NCBI RefSeq assembly: GCF_048593235.1
Contig: NC_133621.1
Location: 128,489,341 to 128,522,901, forward strand
Length of the DNA stretch: 33,561 nucleotides
From: Sminthopsis crassicaudata
Taxonomy: Eukaryota
Reading direction: 5' to 3'
Part shown: positions 23,738-33,561 of the stretch, in pieces
Position numbering within the stretch: position 1 is the stretch's first letter
Layout of the letters: every line of letters begins with the position of its first letter
The notes under the pieces: generated by a model
Database searches by the model: none
What the model saw: the letters and a program-made list of their open reading frames with translations, nothing else
What the model was told of the DNA's origin: nothing
Made by a program: the position numbers and the translations under genes

Positions 23738-23914
23738 GTGAGTATTGGAAAGAGCATTATTGGAAGAAGTACTCCTGTCAGATAGCACATCTATTGGAAT
23801 ATTGTTCAAATAATTTTTACATTTTAAAATCAATCCCAGCTTCATTCCCTTCTCAATCATTATTAAATTGTTGAGTTTGCCTAAATGCTGAGGATTTGTT
23901 CCTTTACCACTTCT

Positions 23915-24113
23915 TAGGATCCTAGATATAGAACAAAAAGGAACCTTTTAGGGCATCAAGGTCAACCCCCCCATTTTAGATCTGAGGAAACTTAGCATCT
24001 AGAAATGTTATATAATTTGCCAAGGAGCACACAACTAGTGTCTGAGACTGAAATTTTAAATCAAGTCTTCCTATTTCCAACCTAATATAATACTGTGCCA
24101 CCTAGTTGCCTCC
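23915..24113 (-). mobile_element. MAR/MIR3 CORE-SINE
   Basis: ccccattttagatctgaggaaactta...ccaaggagcacacaactag...tactgtgccacctagttgcc. Confidence 0.8.
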
Positions 24114-24236
24114 ATATTAATTAATTTATTTATTTATTTTAATTAAAATGATTCTCTGTGGGAAATTTTGTGGTAGAGTTGACTTTATGTTTCATTTACA
24201 TACTATTTGGTATGTCTCAGAGAGTTGTGTGCCCCT

Positions 24237-24369
24237 NNNNNNNNNNNNNNNNNNNNNNNNNNNNNNNNNNNNNNNNNNNNNNNNNNNNNNNNNNNNNNNN
24301 NNNNNNNNNNNNNNNNNNNNNNNNNNNNNNNNNNNNNNNNNNNNNNNNNNNNNNNNNNNNNNNNNNNNN
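24237..24369. other. Assembly gap (133 N)
   Basis: Seen directly. Confidence 1.
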
Positions 24370-24794
24370 GAAAAAGAAATCATTGTTTTGTGGCCACTGA
24401 ATTTTTCAAGACTGGTACTGTCACAGGGGTGGCCTTCAGACCCACACTCCAATCCTTTCCAGCTTGGGACTGACTACCTGTAACAGATTAGGCTCATAAA
24501 GCTCAAGAACTCATGCTACCTTCATGCCATAAGAAGCATCAAAGTAGAGCTTTAATGGAAAATTTAGGAGAATTAACCACTCTAAGACATTGGTTTGGAA
24601 CTAACACAATGAAAAGCTTTGAGGAAATTTGTTGTTTTAGCTAGAAGAAATGGGAAAGTGTCTTATTCTTTTTTTTTCTTCTCAAAGAAAATCAGGGTGT
24701 TTATCCAATAATGTATAAGGACAACTAATCCTTTAATTGCCTAGAGTATAATTTGCATTTTTGTAATAATAGTGTCTAATGAATATTAGTTCTT

Positions 24795-24858
24795 ATATAT
24801 ATGTATATATATGCATATTTTGTATATATATGTGTAATATATATATATATATATATAT
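24795..24858. repeat. Degenerate (TA)n microsatellite
   Basis: Seen directly. Confidence 0.9.
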
Positions 24859-25724
24859 TCAAGAAGTAGTATTTAGTTTATGCAATCTGTCCTGCTCCTT
24901 CTATTTTTCATTCTTGATACTCGAGACTCTGAAGATCTCATCAACTCTGTACCTCTTTCTTTGTCTGACTATATTTTATATTACTAGCAGTAAGTACCTT
25001 AAAAGCTTCCCCCTCAAAGTTTTGACCTACATGAATTTTTACCTGTAATGTATTTAATATGCATAATAGGTAGTATACTTTTCAAATCTTTTTTTTTGTT
25101 TTGTTTTGCAGTCATCCTTTATTTTCTGAAAAAAATATAGTTTCTTTAAAGTCACTTATTGCTTTTTAATTATATTTGTTTCAATGATATGCCTCATTGT
25201 GTCAAGGGAATGACTCTGGGTTCTCAATGACTTGTTAGAAGAAGATAAATCTTTGAAGATTCTATCAAAGGGAAAAAAGACTTCATACATGGGCCAGTAT
25301 AGCAATCATGCACTGATTAGTCTGATGTTTTGGAGAGACAGATTGCCACAAGGTTGACCATCATGCTGTGTTTGGAGATATAGTAATTCACAAAATCATG
25401 TACTTAAAGTATGGGGAGATAATTGTAGTCTTTATCAATGGAGTTACTATCTGTATAAATGAAATCACAGATCCTTGTTACATGTATAGTATTGGTACAG
25501 TACCATTTGTATAGTATTCATAAGATGTAATGAAGAATTTTTTGACAAGTGTTTAGGCCATTAAAAGTTTATTTGAGTCTCCTTGCTATATATCCCACAC
25601 TATATTTGTCTCTTTGGAGATTTGGAAAGGAACTAGGAGGATCTGCTCTTGTCTCTAAGGGGTTTATGGTGTGGCAGAAGAGACCAAATGAATATGTACT
25701 TTGTACAATCTAATTATTAGCCTT

Positions 25725-25850
25725 GCTACTCATGTGCATGCTCTCTTTTCTTTTTCAGCATCTTGAAGTCAAGGACTGTCTTTTTTGTATACATATCCCT
25801 GCACTTAGTATAGGTCTTAACATATAGTGGACATTTAATAAATATTTCCT
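25725..25850 (+). mobile_element. L2 3' terminus
   Basis: cttgaagtcaaggactgtctt...ccctgcacttagtatagg...acatttaataaatatt. Confidence 0.65.
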
Positions 25851-26334
25851 GATTATAAGCTATTTACATCTATATAAACTCATTTTGAGCATTAGTTACT
25901 GTTCCTTTAAACATGCTAAGTAATGCATAAATGTTAATATTGAAAGATACTAAAGCAGAATAGAGCTACAGAGAAATGGTTGAATTGAAGATAAGTAAAG
26001 TTATGAAAGTGCCTGGGTTAATATTGATTTAATCTGGAAGAGTTTCATGAAGGAGGTACACATGTACCATTTATACTTATCGACTTCAGAGCTAATTTTC
26101 AGGGAAATGTTATATTTCCAGAGCAACTTCTTATTGTAAACTGTGATTGGATGTTCTTTGTTTTTAGATTATAGGCTTTTATGAGAGTAAGAGTCTGTCT
26201 TTCTATAAATACATAACACACCAAGAATAACCACATCCTTTTCTAAGAAAACTTTGTATCTTATATAATTTACATATTCATTGCTAAGTATTGTTCACTC
26301 AAATGGAATACCATGTAATCACTTATCACATTTG

Positions 26335-26415
26335 TGCTTTTGAAAAGATACTATTTAGCATAGTGCTTTGTACTTAGGTGACATTCAATAAATGCTGAAT
26401 TGAATTTGTTGAATA
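26335..26415 (+). mobile_element. L2 3' terminus
   Basis: tttagcatagtgctttgtacttaggtgacattcaataaatgctgaattgaa. Confidence 0.55.
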
Positions 26416-27724
26416 ACAATAAAATACTTAATAGGAATTAATTTACTTTGCTTATAGAAGTATTATGTAATGTAATCAACAGGACAAGTACCAACATTTT
26501 AATGGTTGAGGTATGATGCTGGTATAAAAAGGAACTTTTCTGAAAGTAAATTCACTGAGACAGTCAGTGCCAAAAGAAATCATTTCTTTTACTTGGGACA
26601 TTTAAAAGGAAAGTCATATAATAAAAATAAGTACTAAATTGAAGAATAGAAATAAAGAAAAACGTTTAGGATGGTCTTCATCATAAAACACAGAGGACCT
26701 ACCACCTCCAAAACTAGAACCATCAATTGACATTTTTTACATTAAGGCAGCTCATCATCCTCCCACACCTTGGTCTGAAATTTCAAAAGAAAAGTAGGAA
26801 AGAGCAAAGAAGGAAAATCAATAGGGATATTGCCATGGAGTCTTGAATACAGTGTTCTTCAGTGTGAGAAAAGGAAATTTCCTGATGGTATTTTGAGATA
26901 CTGCTTCTATGAATGGAGCTTTTGCTAGAACTTTTGGGCCAGTTGTTATTACATGCATCAGTGCAGCTCCCAGGATTAAGGCATCTTATAGGGAGAATTA
27001 GTTTATTTTCCACTCATAATATCAGGGAAGTGTCAGTCCCCCAAGAAACTAAATTTTTAGCTTGGCTGATTCTAAGTTTGGAAGATTCCAAAGGAGAGTT
27101 CCTGAAAGGGTCAGCAGGAAGGGGTATCCAGCAGAAGATGATTCTGGATTCTAGATAACTTGTTGAACAGAGAAAGATTAGACCAGAAAAAGGAGAGGCA
27201 TTCTCCCTCAATCCCCAGATTACATGCAACAGAAGGAATACATTTTCTCTTTATCAGTGTAATGTTAAATCCCTCTGTATCTTTTCTAATGATGTATTAC
27301 AGTGCCTGGCCATCATATGTAACTGTGAATATCAGAAAAATTAAGGCATTTATGCACGGTGGAGAATACTGATTCATATTATTCCACAGGATAATTAAAA
27401 TAATAATAATAGTTAAAGAATATAAATTATATGTATTATTCCAAGTTTTTAGATATAATTTTAAAATATATATATTCTATAATATGACAAGCATACATTC
27501 ATTAGTCATATGCTTTTCTCAGCCAGCATTTATTGACTATCTACAGAAAACTTTACAAGTATTACTGAGAATGTAGAATAAATAAAAATTTAAAAACTTA
27601 CACAGACCACAATTAAAAAAAACTTTCAGACCAGTATGTAAGTGAATATAAATTAATATCCGAGTTGACTATAAATATAAATGACTGATTACATGGGCTT
27701 GGTCAGGGAAGGCTTTTTGGAAAA

Positions 27725-28135
27725 GATGCTTTATTTGTTTAGTTTATTTTTAATATTTGTTTTATAAATTATGTTGGGAGAGAAAAGGGAAAAACCATGG
27801 GAGAGATTAAAAAAATAGAAAAAAAGAAGTGAATATACTATGTCTTGATTTATCTCCATAGTTCTTTTTCTGGATGCATATGACATTTTCTATCCAAAGT
27901 CTATTGGGGCTGCTTTGGATCACTGAACCACTGAGAAGAGCTGATACTTTCGTAGTTGATCATCGAACATTCTTGCGGTTATTATATACAATGTATTCCT
28001 GGTTCTACTTGTTTCACTCAGTGTCAGTTTCAAGCCTTTCTATAATCAGCTTGTTCATCATTTTTTATATAACAACAATATTCCATTACGTTCATGTACC
28101 ACAACTTGTTCAGCCATTCCCCCGTTGATGAGTAT
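27725..28135 (-). mobile_element. Younger marsupial (dasyurid-type) LINE-1 3' end, 5'-truncated
   Basis: tccatagttctttttctggatg...tagttgatcatcg...taccacaacttgttcagccattccccgttgatg is well preserved and retains several CpGs. Confidence 0.9.
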
Positions 28136-28825
28136 TTACTCCTGGAAAAGTTAGTTTAAATGGAGTTTTAAAGGAAGAAAGACAAGTGTAGTGAGAGAGG
28201 AAATGTCAAAGGATAAGATAGATGGTAGCTTAGTCCACTTATATAATAGCCTGATTAGCTTTATTGGATTAGCTTGGGGTGTTTTATAATATTTTTTCTG
28301 AGTTTTGGTACATATAATACTTAACATTTAAAATTAATTTAAATTTTAATAAGATTGAAATTCCCCCTAGTAGGGACATGTATGTTTATATGTTATTTTA
28401 TTAAAAAGATGAAAAGTCAGGCTTTCCTGATAATAAGTCTAGATGTTATTTGATTTAGACATTTAGTAACATTCACTGTTTTCTGTAGACTTAAGATGTT
28501 TCCTAAGTGATACAGGAAAACAAACCTTTCCAATTTGAAACAATAGTGTTTGGAGATTTGTTGATTTATTTTGCAATGTGGGTGTCTACGTGGGCACCTA
28601 TTCAAATCAAAGACAGTGTCTTTGGAGAGAGAATATGAGAAAAGCAAGAAAGTTCAGTTGGATGAAATGTTTATGGCACATAGCTAATGGTAATAGCTGT
28701 AGGAAAAAGTTAGCCTTGTTTTTCTTATCATTTTGTAACTTATTTGAGAAAATTTTTTGCATGTCTAATTAAGTCTTATGGTAAGATCCTCCTTATAGGT
28801 CTGATCTAGGATTTGTACAGAGTGC

Positions 28826-29105
28826 TATCTAGGCAGCGAAGTGGTACAGTGGATAGAGCAGTAGGCCTGAAATCAGGGAGACCTGTGTTCAAATTGACCT
28901 CTGATAATTATTAACTATGTGATTTGGGTCAGGTTCCTCCACTTCTGTTTGCTTTCGTTTCCTTCACTGCCAAATAACAGTATTAACAAAACCTACCTCT
29001 CAGATTGTGAGGATCAAATGAAGAAAATGTTTATAGAATTCTAAATGCAGTGCTTGGCATATCATAAACACTACATAAATGCTAACTGTTGTTATATTTT
29101 ATTGT
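28826..29105 (+). mobile_element. Full-length MIR/MAR CORE-SINE
   Basis: aggcagcgaagtggtacagtggatagagca head, gtgttcaaat B-box, gattgtgaggatcaaatga and cagtgcttggcata tail. Confidence 0.85.
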
Positions 29106-29619
29106 TATGAACAAATTGGAGCATATGGGAAATGAAATTGGATAGTACAGCCTTTTCAAGAATTTCTTTCTTCATACTTTAGACTTTTCAATTATAGCCC
29201 AGGACAATTTATTAAATATTTCAAAGCAAAATTGATTTTAAATCAGTCACCCTAGCTTGACCTTTTTATTCTTTGAGAAATCTGAGAGTAGAGTTCCCTT
29301 CTTCTTTGATCCTTATATTGAGAAAGCATATGACTATTTCATTCCATTTTATGTTCTTACATTCAAAGGAATCATTTAAATAAAAAATTATCAGTTTAAG
29401 AGAATTAATACCACCAATGTTTTTGTTCTTATTTCTTAAGAAGACAACCTTCCAAAAATGTCTTCACTTTTCCATTCCCCCCACTCCACCCTCATCTACC
29501 TTCATCCTATTTTACACACTCTGTCAAATTTATCAGAATGTGGAGGTCTAATCATGTCATTCTACTGTTCAAAAATCTTCAGTTCACTCCCCATCACAGG
29601 CTGAATGAGTTCATATTCC

Positions 29620-29777
29620 TTTTTGTGTGTGTGTGGGTGTATGAGGCAATTGGGGTTCAGTGACTTGCCCAGGGTCATACAGCTAGGAAGTGTTAAGTGT
29701 CTGAGATGAGATTTGAACTCAGGTCCTCCTGACTTCAGGGCCAGTGCTCCATCCACTGTGCCACTTAGCTACCCCAA
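29620..29777 (-). mobile_element. WSINE1 SINE with (AC)n tail, inserted in L2
   Basis: Near-consensus sequence. TSD agttcatattc at 29608-29618 and 29778-29788. Confidence 0.95.
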
Positions 29778-30139
29778 AGTTCATATTCTTAACTTGACAT
29801 TCAGAGCTCTCCACAATCTAACTGCCACCTACTTCTCCAATTTTGCCTTAAAATACCTCTTCCATTCTCAAAATATCTACAACTTCCTACTTCCATACTA
29901 ACCAAATGCAACTATTTCCTGTTACTAAAGCATTCTTGTGAACTTTGTTCATATCATTCCTTATGACTGGAAAGCATCTCTATATCCCTTTTTTCATTTA
30001 TTGACAACTATTCTTTAAGGCCTAGCTCAAATGATGCCTTTTTTATTAAACCTTCTTTGATCCCATCTATTCTAACTGATTTCATACTTTCCTAATTTTT
30101 CTCTTAGAAACAGCTATTCTAACTATTATTGAATTACTT

Positions 30140-30320
30140 ATGCTCCATCCCTGACTCATACTGGTTGTGACATGCTGGCCATATCAATTAACTTGTCACT
30201 GCTCTAGGCATCGCTTTAAGACTACAAATGGCAGAAAAATATGTGAATCTGCAGTAGTATAGGAGCTTCTTGATTCTAAGAATGAAATGAAAATGGAGGC
30301 TTAGTCCCTATTCCAATTAA
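30140..30320 (+). mobile_element. Marsupial CORE-SINE (WALLSI/Mar-type tail) inserted in L2
   Basis: ctttaagactacaaatggcaga...ctgcagtagtataggag...aatgaaat...agtccctattcc. Subfamily uncertain. Confidence 0.55.
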
Positions 30321-30604
30321 TTTTGTATCTCTTCCTTTTATCTGAGTCATATCATAATTCATTGAGTATAGGGATTCTATTCTATTTATTTTTACATCGT
30401 TCCTTGACCCAACATATTGCACACAGTAGGCATTCATATATTTAATGAATGAATATGCAGTGAAATCAAAGTTTCATTCAAGAAACACTTGAAAAATAAA
30501 GAATCACACATTTAAAACTAGAGGCTGGTGTAAATTCTGTAATGCTTCTTCTGGTAAACTAAGAAAACTCAGGAATAGAAATTATGTTCTCAGATGAATG
30601 TATA

Positions 30605-30647
30605 TGTGTGTGTGTGTGTGTGTTTGTAGTGTGTGTGTGTGTGTGTG
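30605..30647. repeat. Interrupted (TG)n microsatellite
   Basis: Seen directly. Confidence 0.95.
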
Positions 30648-30669
30648 CCTGATGTCAAAATCAAAATAT

Positions 30670-31690
30670 TTAAAGGAAAATAAGTAATGAAACCAAAAAT
30701 CATAATGGATCTCAGTGTAACCCTTTTAGACCTGAAGTAAGAGGCAAAAAATGGAAAGAAAATTTAGTGATAAATAATGGCAAATTTTAGAATTTTAGAA
30801 AAATAGCATTTTTAAAAATTAGATATGATGGATTTTGGATGGAAACAGAAAAGGAGCACACAGAATTCTCAACTATCCAAGTGACACCCTTGACAGAGAT
30901 TCACCATGTTTGAGGGCATAAAAACTGTCAAACAAATATAAAAAGTCAGAATTATTAAATTCATCCTTTACTGACTGTAGTATAATAAAAATTACAATGA
31001 ACAAGGACTCCTTGAAGATAGGATTAAATCATTTGGAAATGATTTAATACAAAAATTTTATTAAAGAAAATTAATAGAAACAATAGATAAAATAATAAAA
31101 AATGACAACAATATAAACTTTTGGCATGTAGTGAAGTTATTAGGCAAAGACATATCTAAATGCTTTCATTATTTAGAGAGAGAGAGAGAGAATGAAAACA
31201 AATCAATGAATTGGGTATACAACCAAAAAAACTATAAATAAACAGCAAATCAAAAACACCAAATTACAAATTCTGAAAATTAAAGAAGAGTTGCTAAAAT
31301 TAAAAGAAAAAATGATTTTATAAATAAAAGTAGGAGCTTTTAAAAACAGCATGAATTTTAAAAGAGAGAAGAAAAATTGTATCATATTTGAGGGAGAGAA
31401 AAAGAATTCATAATTGAATAAGAAGTAAACAAAACTGTCAAACTATTTTGTTCAATTATATGTAAACAAAAATAATCATTTTAGTGATTTATGAATATTA
31501 ACAGAAATATTAATAGAAATAGAAAACTCACTAAAAAAATAAAACAGACTATACATAAATTGCTAAGGAAACAAACACAGACAGGACCAGATGGATTTAA
31601 AAGCAAATTTTATTATTTAAAGAACAATTAACTCCAGTATTATATAGTTATTGCAATGATAGGAAAAATAAAGGATACTTCCAAACACTT
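30670..31690 (+). mobile_element. Degraded LINE-1 ORF2 (end of endonuclease and downstream region)
   Basis: aattagatatgatggattttgg, gattcaccatgtttgagggcataaaaac, aaatcaatgaattgggtatacaac, ggaccagatggattta...tttaaagaacaattaactcc. Confidence 0.8.
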
Positions 31691-31714
31691 TCAGTAATAA
31701 AAATACAAGTCACA

Positions 31715-31862
31715 TAGCTTCTCAGAGGGCCTGGTTTTAAATCCTGCCCCTTTTACTTAATATCTGTGTGCTCTTTGACAAAATATTTAACATCTCTAGG
31801 CCCCAGTTTTCTCATCAGTAATATATGAGGACTAGATCATGTTTTCTTCTAACTATGATTCT
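31715..31862 (+). mobile_element. MIR3/MAR CORE-SINE
   Basis: ttttaaatcctgcc...ctctaggccccagttttctcatc...gaggactagat. Confidence 0.65.
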
Positions 31863-32941
31863 GTGTAATATAACAACAAACATTTTAAGATTTGCAAAAT
31901 CTTTTTTCATTTATTGTCTCATCAAATGAGAATACTGAATCTCAGATCAACTGACATTTCAAAATCATTCAGTGAGTTATTATGGCTTTTAGTCTCCTTT
32001 TCAGAGAAAATATACAATTTGCTGAATATTTTACAAGCATTCAATGTAGATGCCCAGTAGGATGAATTGGTCCACATTTCTGAGTGAAAATTGGATAATT
32101 AATCTCGGTAAAAGTTCCACTTTTTATCACCAGTGTCTGAGTATACTTCTTGATCTAGACTTTGTTTATTTCTGTTATACAAATTATTGCTTGCTGACTA
32201 TTATTGCCTAGGGAGGAACAGGGAGTGACTTTAGGGGAGAGTGGAGCTTCCCACAGATAGAGGGGAGAATACCTTTTTTTTGGACATACCTTCCACTGCA
32301 CCTCCCTTTGGGTGAGGGCCTACACATCAAAGAGGCTGTGGCCAAGCAAGTTAGCATTGGCACTCCCTTTTATTTCAAAATTCTGAATTCTAAAGCATAC
32401 AAAGAATGTTTTGAAATATGTGGGAGGAAAAGGTAGATTTTTTTTCCCCCTTGGCAGTAGTAAAAATTAATGAAAAATATAAAGAAAATCCAGGAATTTT
32501 AAAATTCCCATCAATATTTTATTTAAAACTAATAAGCCATGCATTGAACTCTTCTCTCTTGAGTGATGTTAATCTCTCTTCTCATTGCCTCCCACTTTCT
32601 CCAACTTTTGCTCATCCTTTTCTTCCCTCCTAGGGAATCTTCATTCTTTTTGTTGTTGTTGCTTTTAATCATTGAATTGACAAGATGTAATCAAATAGAT
32701 GCATTTCGATGTGTATATGTATCCACATGAGTAGTACATGTATCCTATGATAAGAAGATAAGATAGAAACAAAATGTTATTAAAGTTTATGGGAAAGAAA
32801 GATCACTCTTTCTTGGGGCTGGGATCATAGGGATTTATCAGAGACTTTTCTTGAAGTGAAATGACATTTAACTTGAATCCTTTAGGACAAGTAGGCTTTC
32901 AACAGGAAATATAGAGGAAAAACTTTCTAAGCTTAGAGAAT

Positions 32942-33084
32942 AGGGCAGCTAAATGGTGCAGTAGCTAGAGCACTGGCCCTGGAGTCAGGAGAACCATCAA
33001 TCCAGCCTTAGACACTTAATACACCCTGGGCAAGTCACTATCCTAATTGCCTGCAAAACAAAACAAAACCAAACTATCAAAAAA
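32942..33084 (+). mobile_element. WSINE1 SINE with internal deletions and AAAAC tail
   Basis: agggcagctaaatggtgcagtagctagagcactggccctggagtcagga head. Perfect 14-bp TSD taagcttagagaat at 32928-32941 and 33085-33098. Confidence 0.9.
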
Positions 33085-33249
33085 TAAGCTTAGAGAATGA
33101 CTTAAACAAAGACAAATAGGAGGCAAAGTAAGGAATATTAGTGTATATTGTGATTTTCTTGGTGTCAGGAGATTTAGGGGATCGGTTATTGGCCAAAATC
33201 TCAATGTCTTTGTTCATTAACCACTCTGTCTAATGAATTTGATAGGCTA

Positions 33250-33375
33250 AGCAGTATGGGCTTCGGACTTCAAGTTGGATTGTGTTCAAATTTGACTTCA
33301 GAAATTTACTGGCTGTGTTATGTTGTGAAAGTTACTTAATCTCTGCATGACTCAGTATCCTCAGCTAAATAATAT
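33250..33375 (+). mobile_element. MIR 5' half, truncated at the putative LTR
   Basis: gtgttcaaatttgacttcagaaatttactggctgtgt...aagttacttaatctct. Confidence 0.65.
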
Positions 33376-33561
33376 TGTCTGGGACAGCTATGATCCCACT
33401 CAAATTAATACCAGAGACTCTCAAGGTAGAAAAGCCAAAAAAAAAAAAAAAAAAAGATTTATTGTTTTAGGGCACTAGCTAAAACCCCAGAAGAGTCCAG
33501 GCCATTCAGAAAGGCCAACCTGGCCAGGACAGATTCTCTCCAAGGGAGAGAAGCATGGGAA
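33376..33561 (-). mobile_element. Probable ERV LTR (3' end, continuing beyond the window)
   Basis: TG start on the + strand, minus-strand AATAAA (tttatt) and ataccagagactct...agaaaagcc resembling marsupial LTR U5/R. It interrupts a MIR. Confidence 0.5.

Larger units (their letters stand above)
29440..30455 (+). mobile_element. L2 3' region interrupted by two SINEs
   Basis: ctaatcatgtcattctactgttcaaaaatcttcag...ttgacattcagagctctccacaatct...gcacacagtaggcattca...aatgaatgaa. Confidence 0.75.

Noticed and set aside
31981-32002. tatggctttt resembling the miR-135 5' end
   Set aside because: Only the first 10 nt match and there is no hairpin precursor.
2336-32633. Supplied ORFs (60-117 aa) as genes
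   Set aside because: No recognisable domains except the L1 endonuclease piece. Most are F/L/I-rich AT-biased frames or antisense to L1, SINEs or microsatellites, and there is no chain of exons.
1-33561. CRISPR arrays, operons, retrons or other prokaryotic systems
   Set aside because: The sequence is clearly marsupial repeat-rich DNA; there are no regularly spaced direct repeats and no long ORFs.

Overview
AT-rich, non-coding mammalian genomic DNA (intronic or intergenic), almost certainly from an Australian marsupial and most likely a dasyurid. The inference rests on three WSINE1-type SINEs with target-site duplications, MAR1/MIR CORE-SINEs, marsupial-type L1, L2, RTE-clade fragments, a hAT MITE and a probable ERV LTR at the right edge. 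No protein-coding gene, RNA gene or prokaryotic-type system can be supported. The supplied ORFs are chance, microsatellite or L1-derived. The most notable structure is a locus-internal inverted duplication with arms of about 550-600 bp (about 4585-5135 and 6250-6848) around a spacer of about 1.1 kb. Also seen: a candidate 78-nt frame-preserving exon (23660-23737), a repeat-free island with splice acceptors and poly(A) signals (about 6850-8520), and several repeat-free enhancer-like islands carrying AP-1 sites. Repeat family names come from my recall of consensus sequences, not from a database search, and repeat boundaries are approximate unless a TSD is given.
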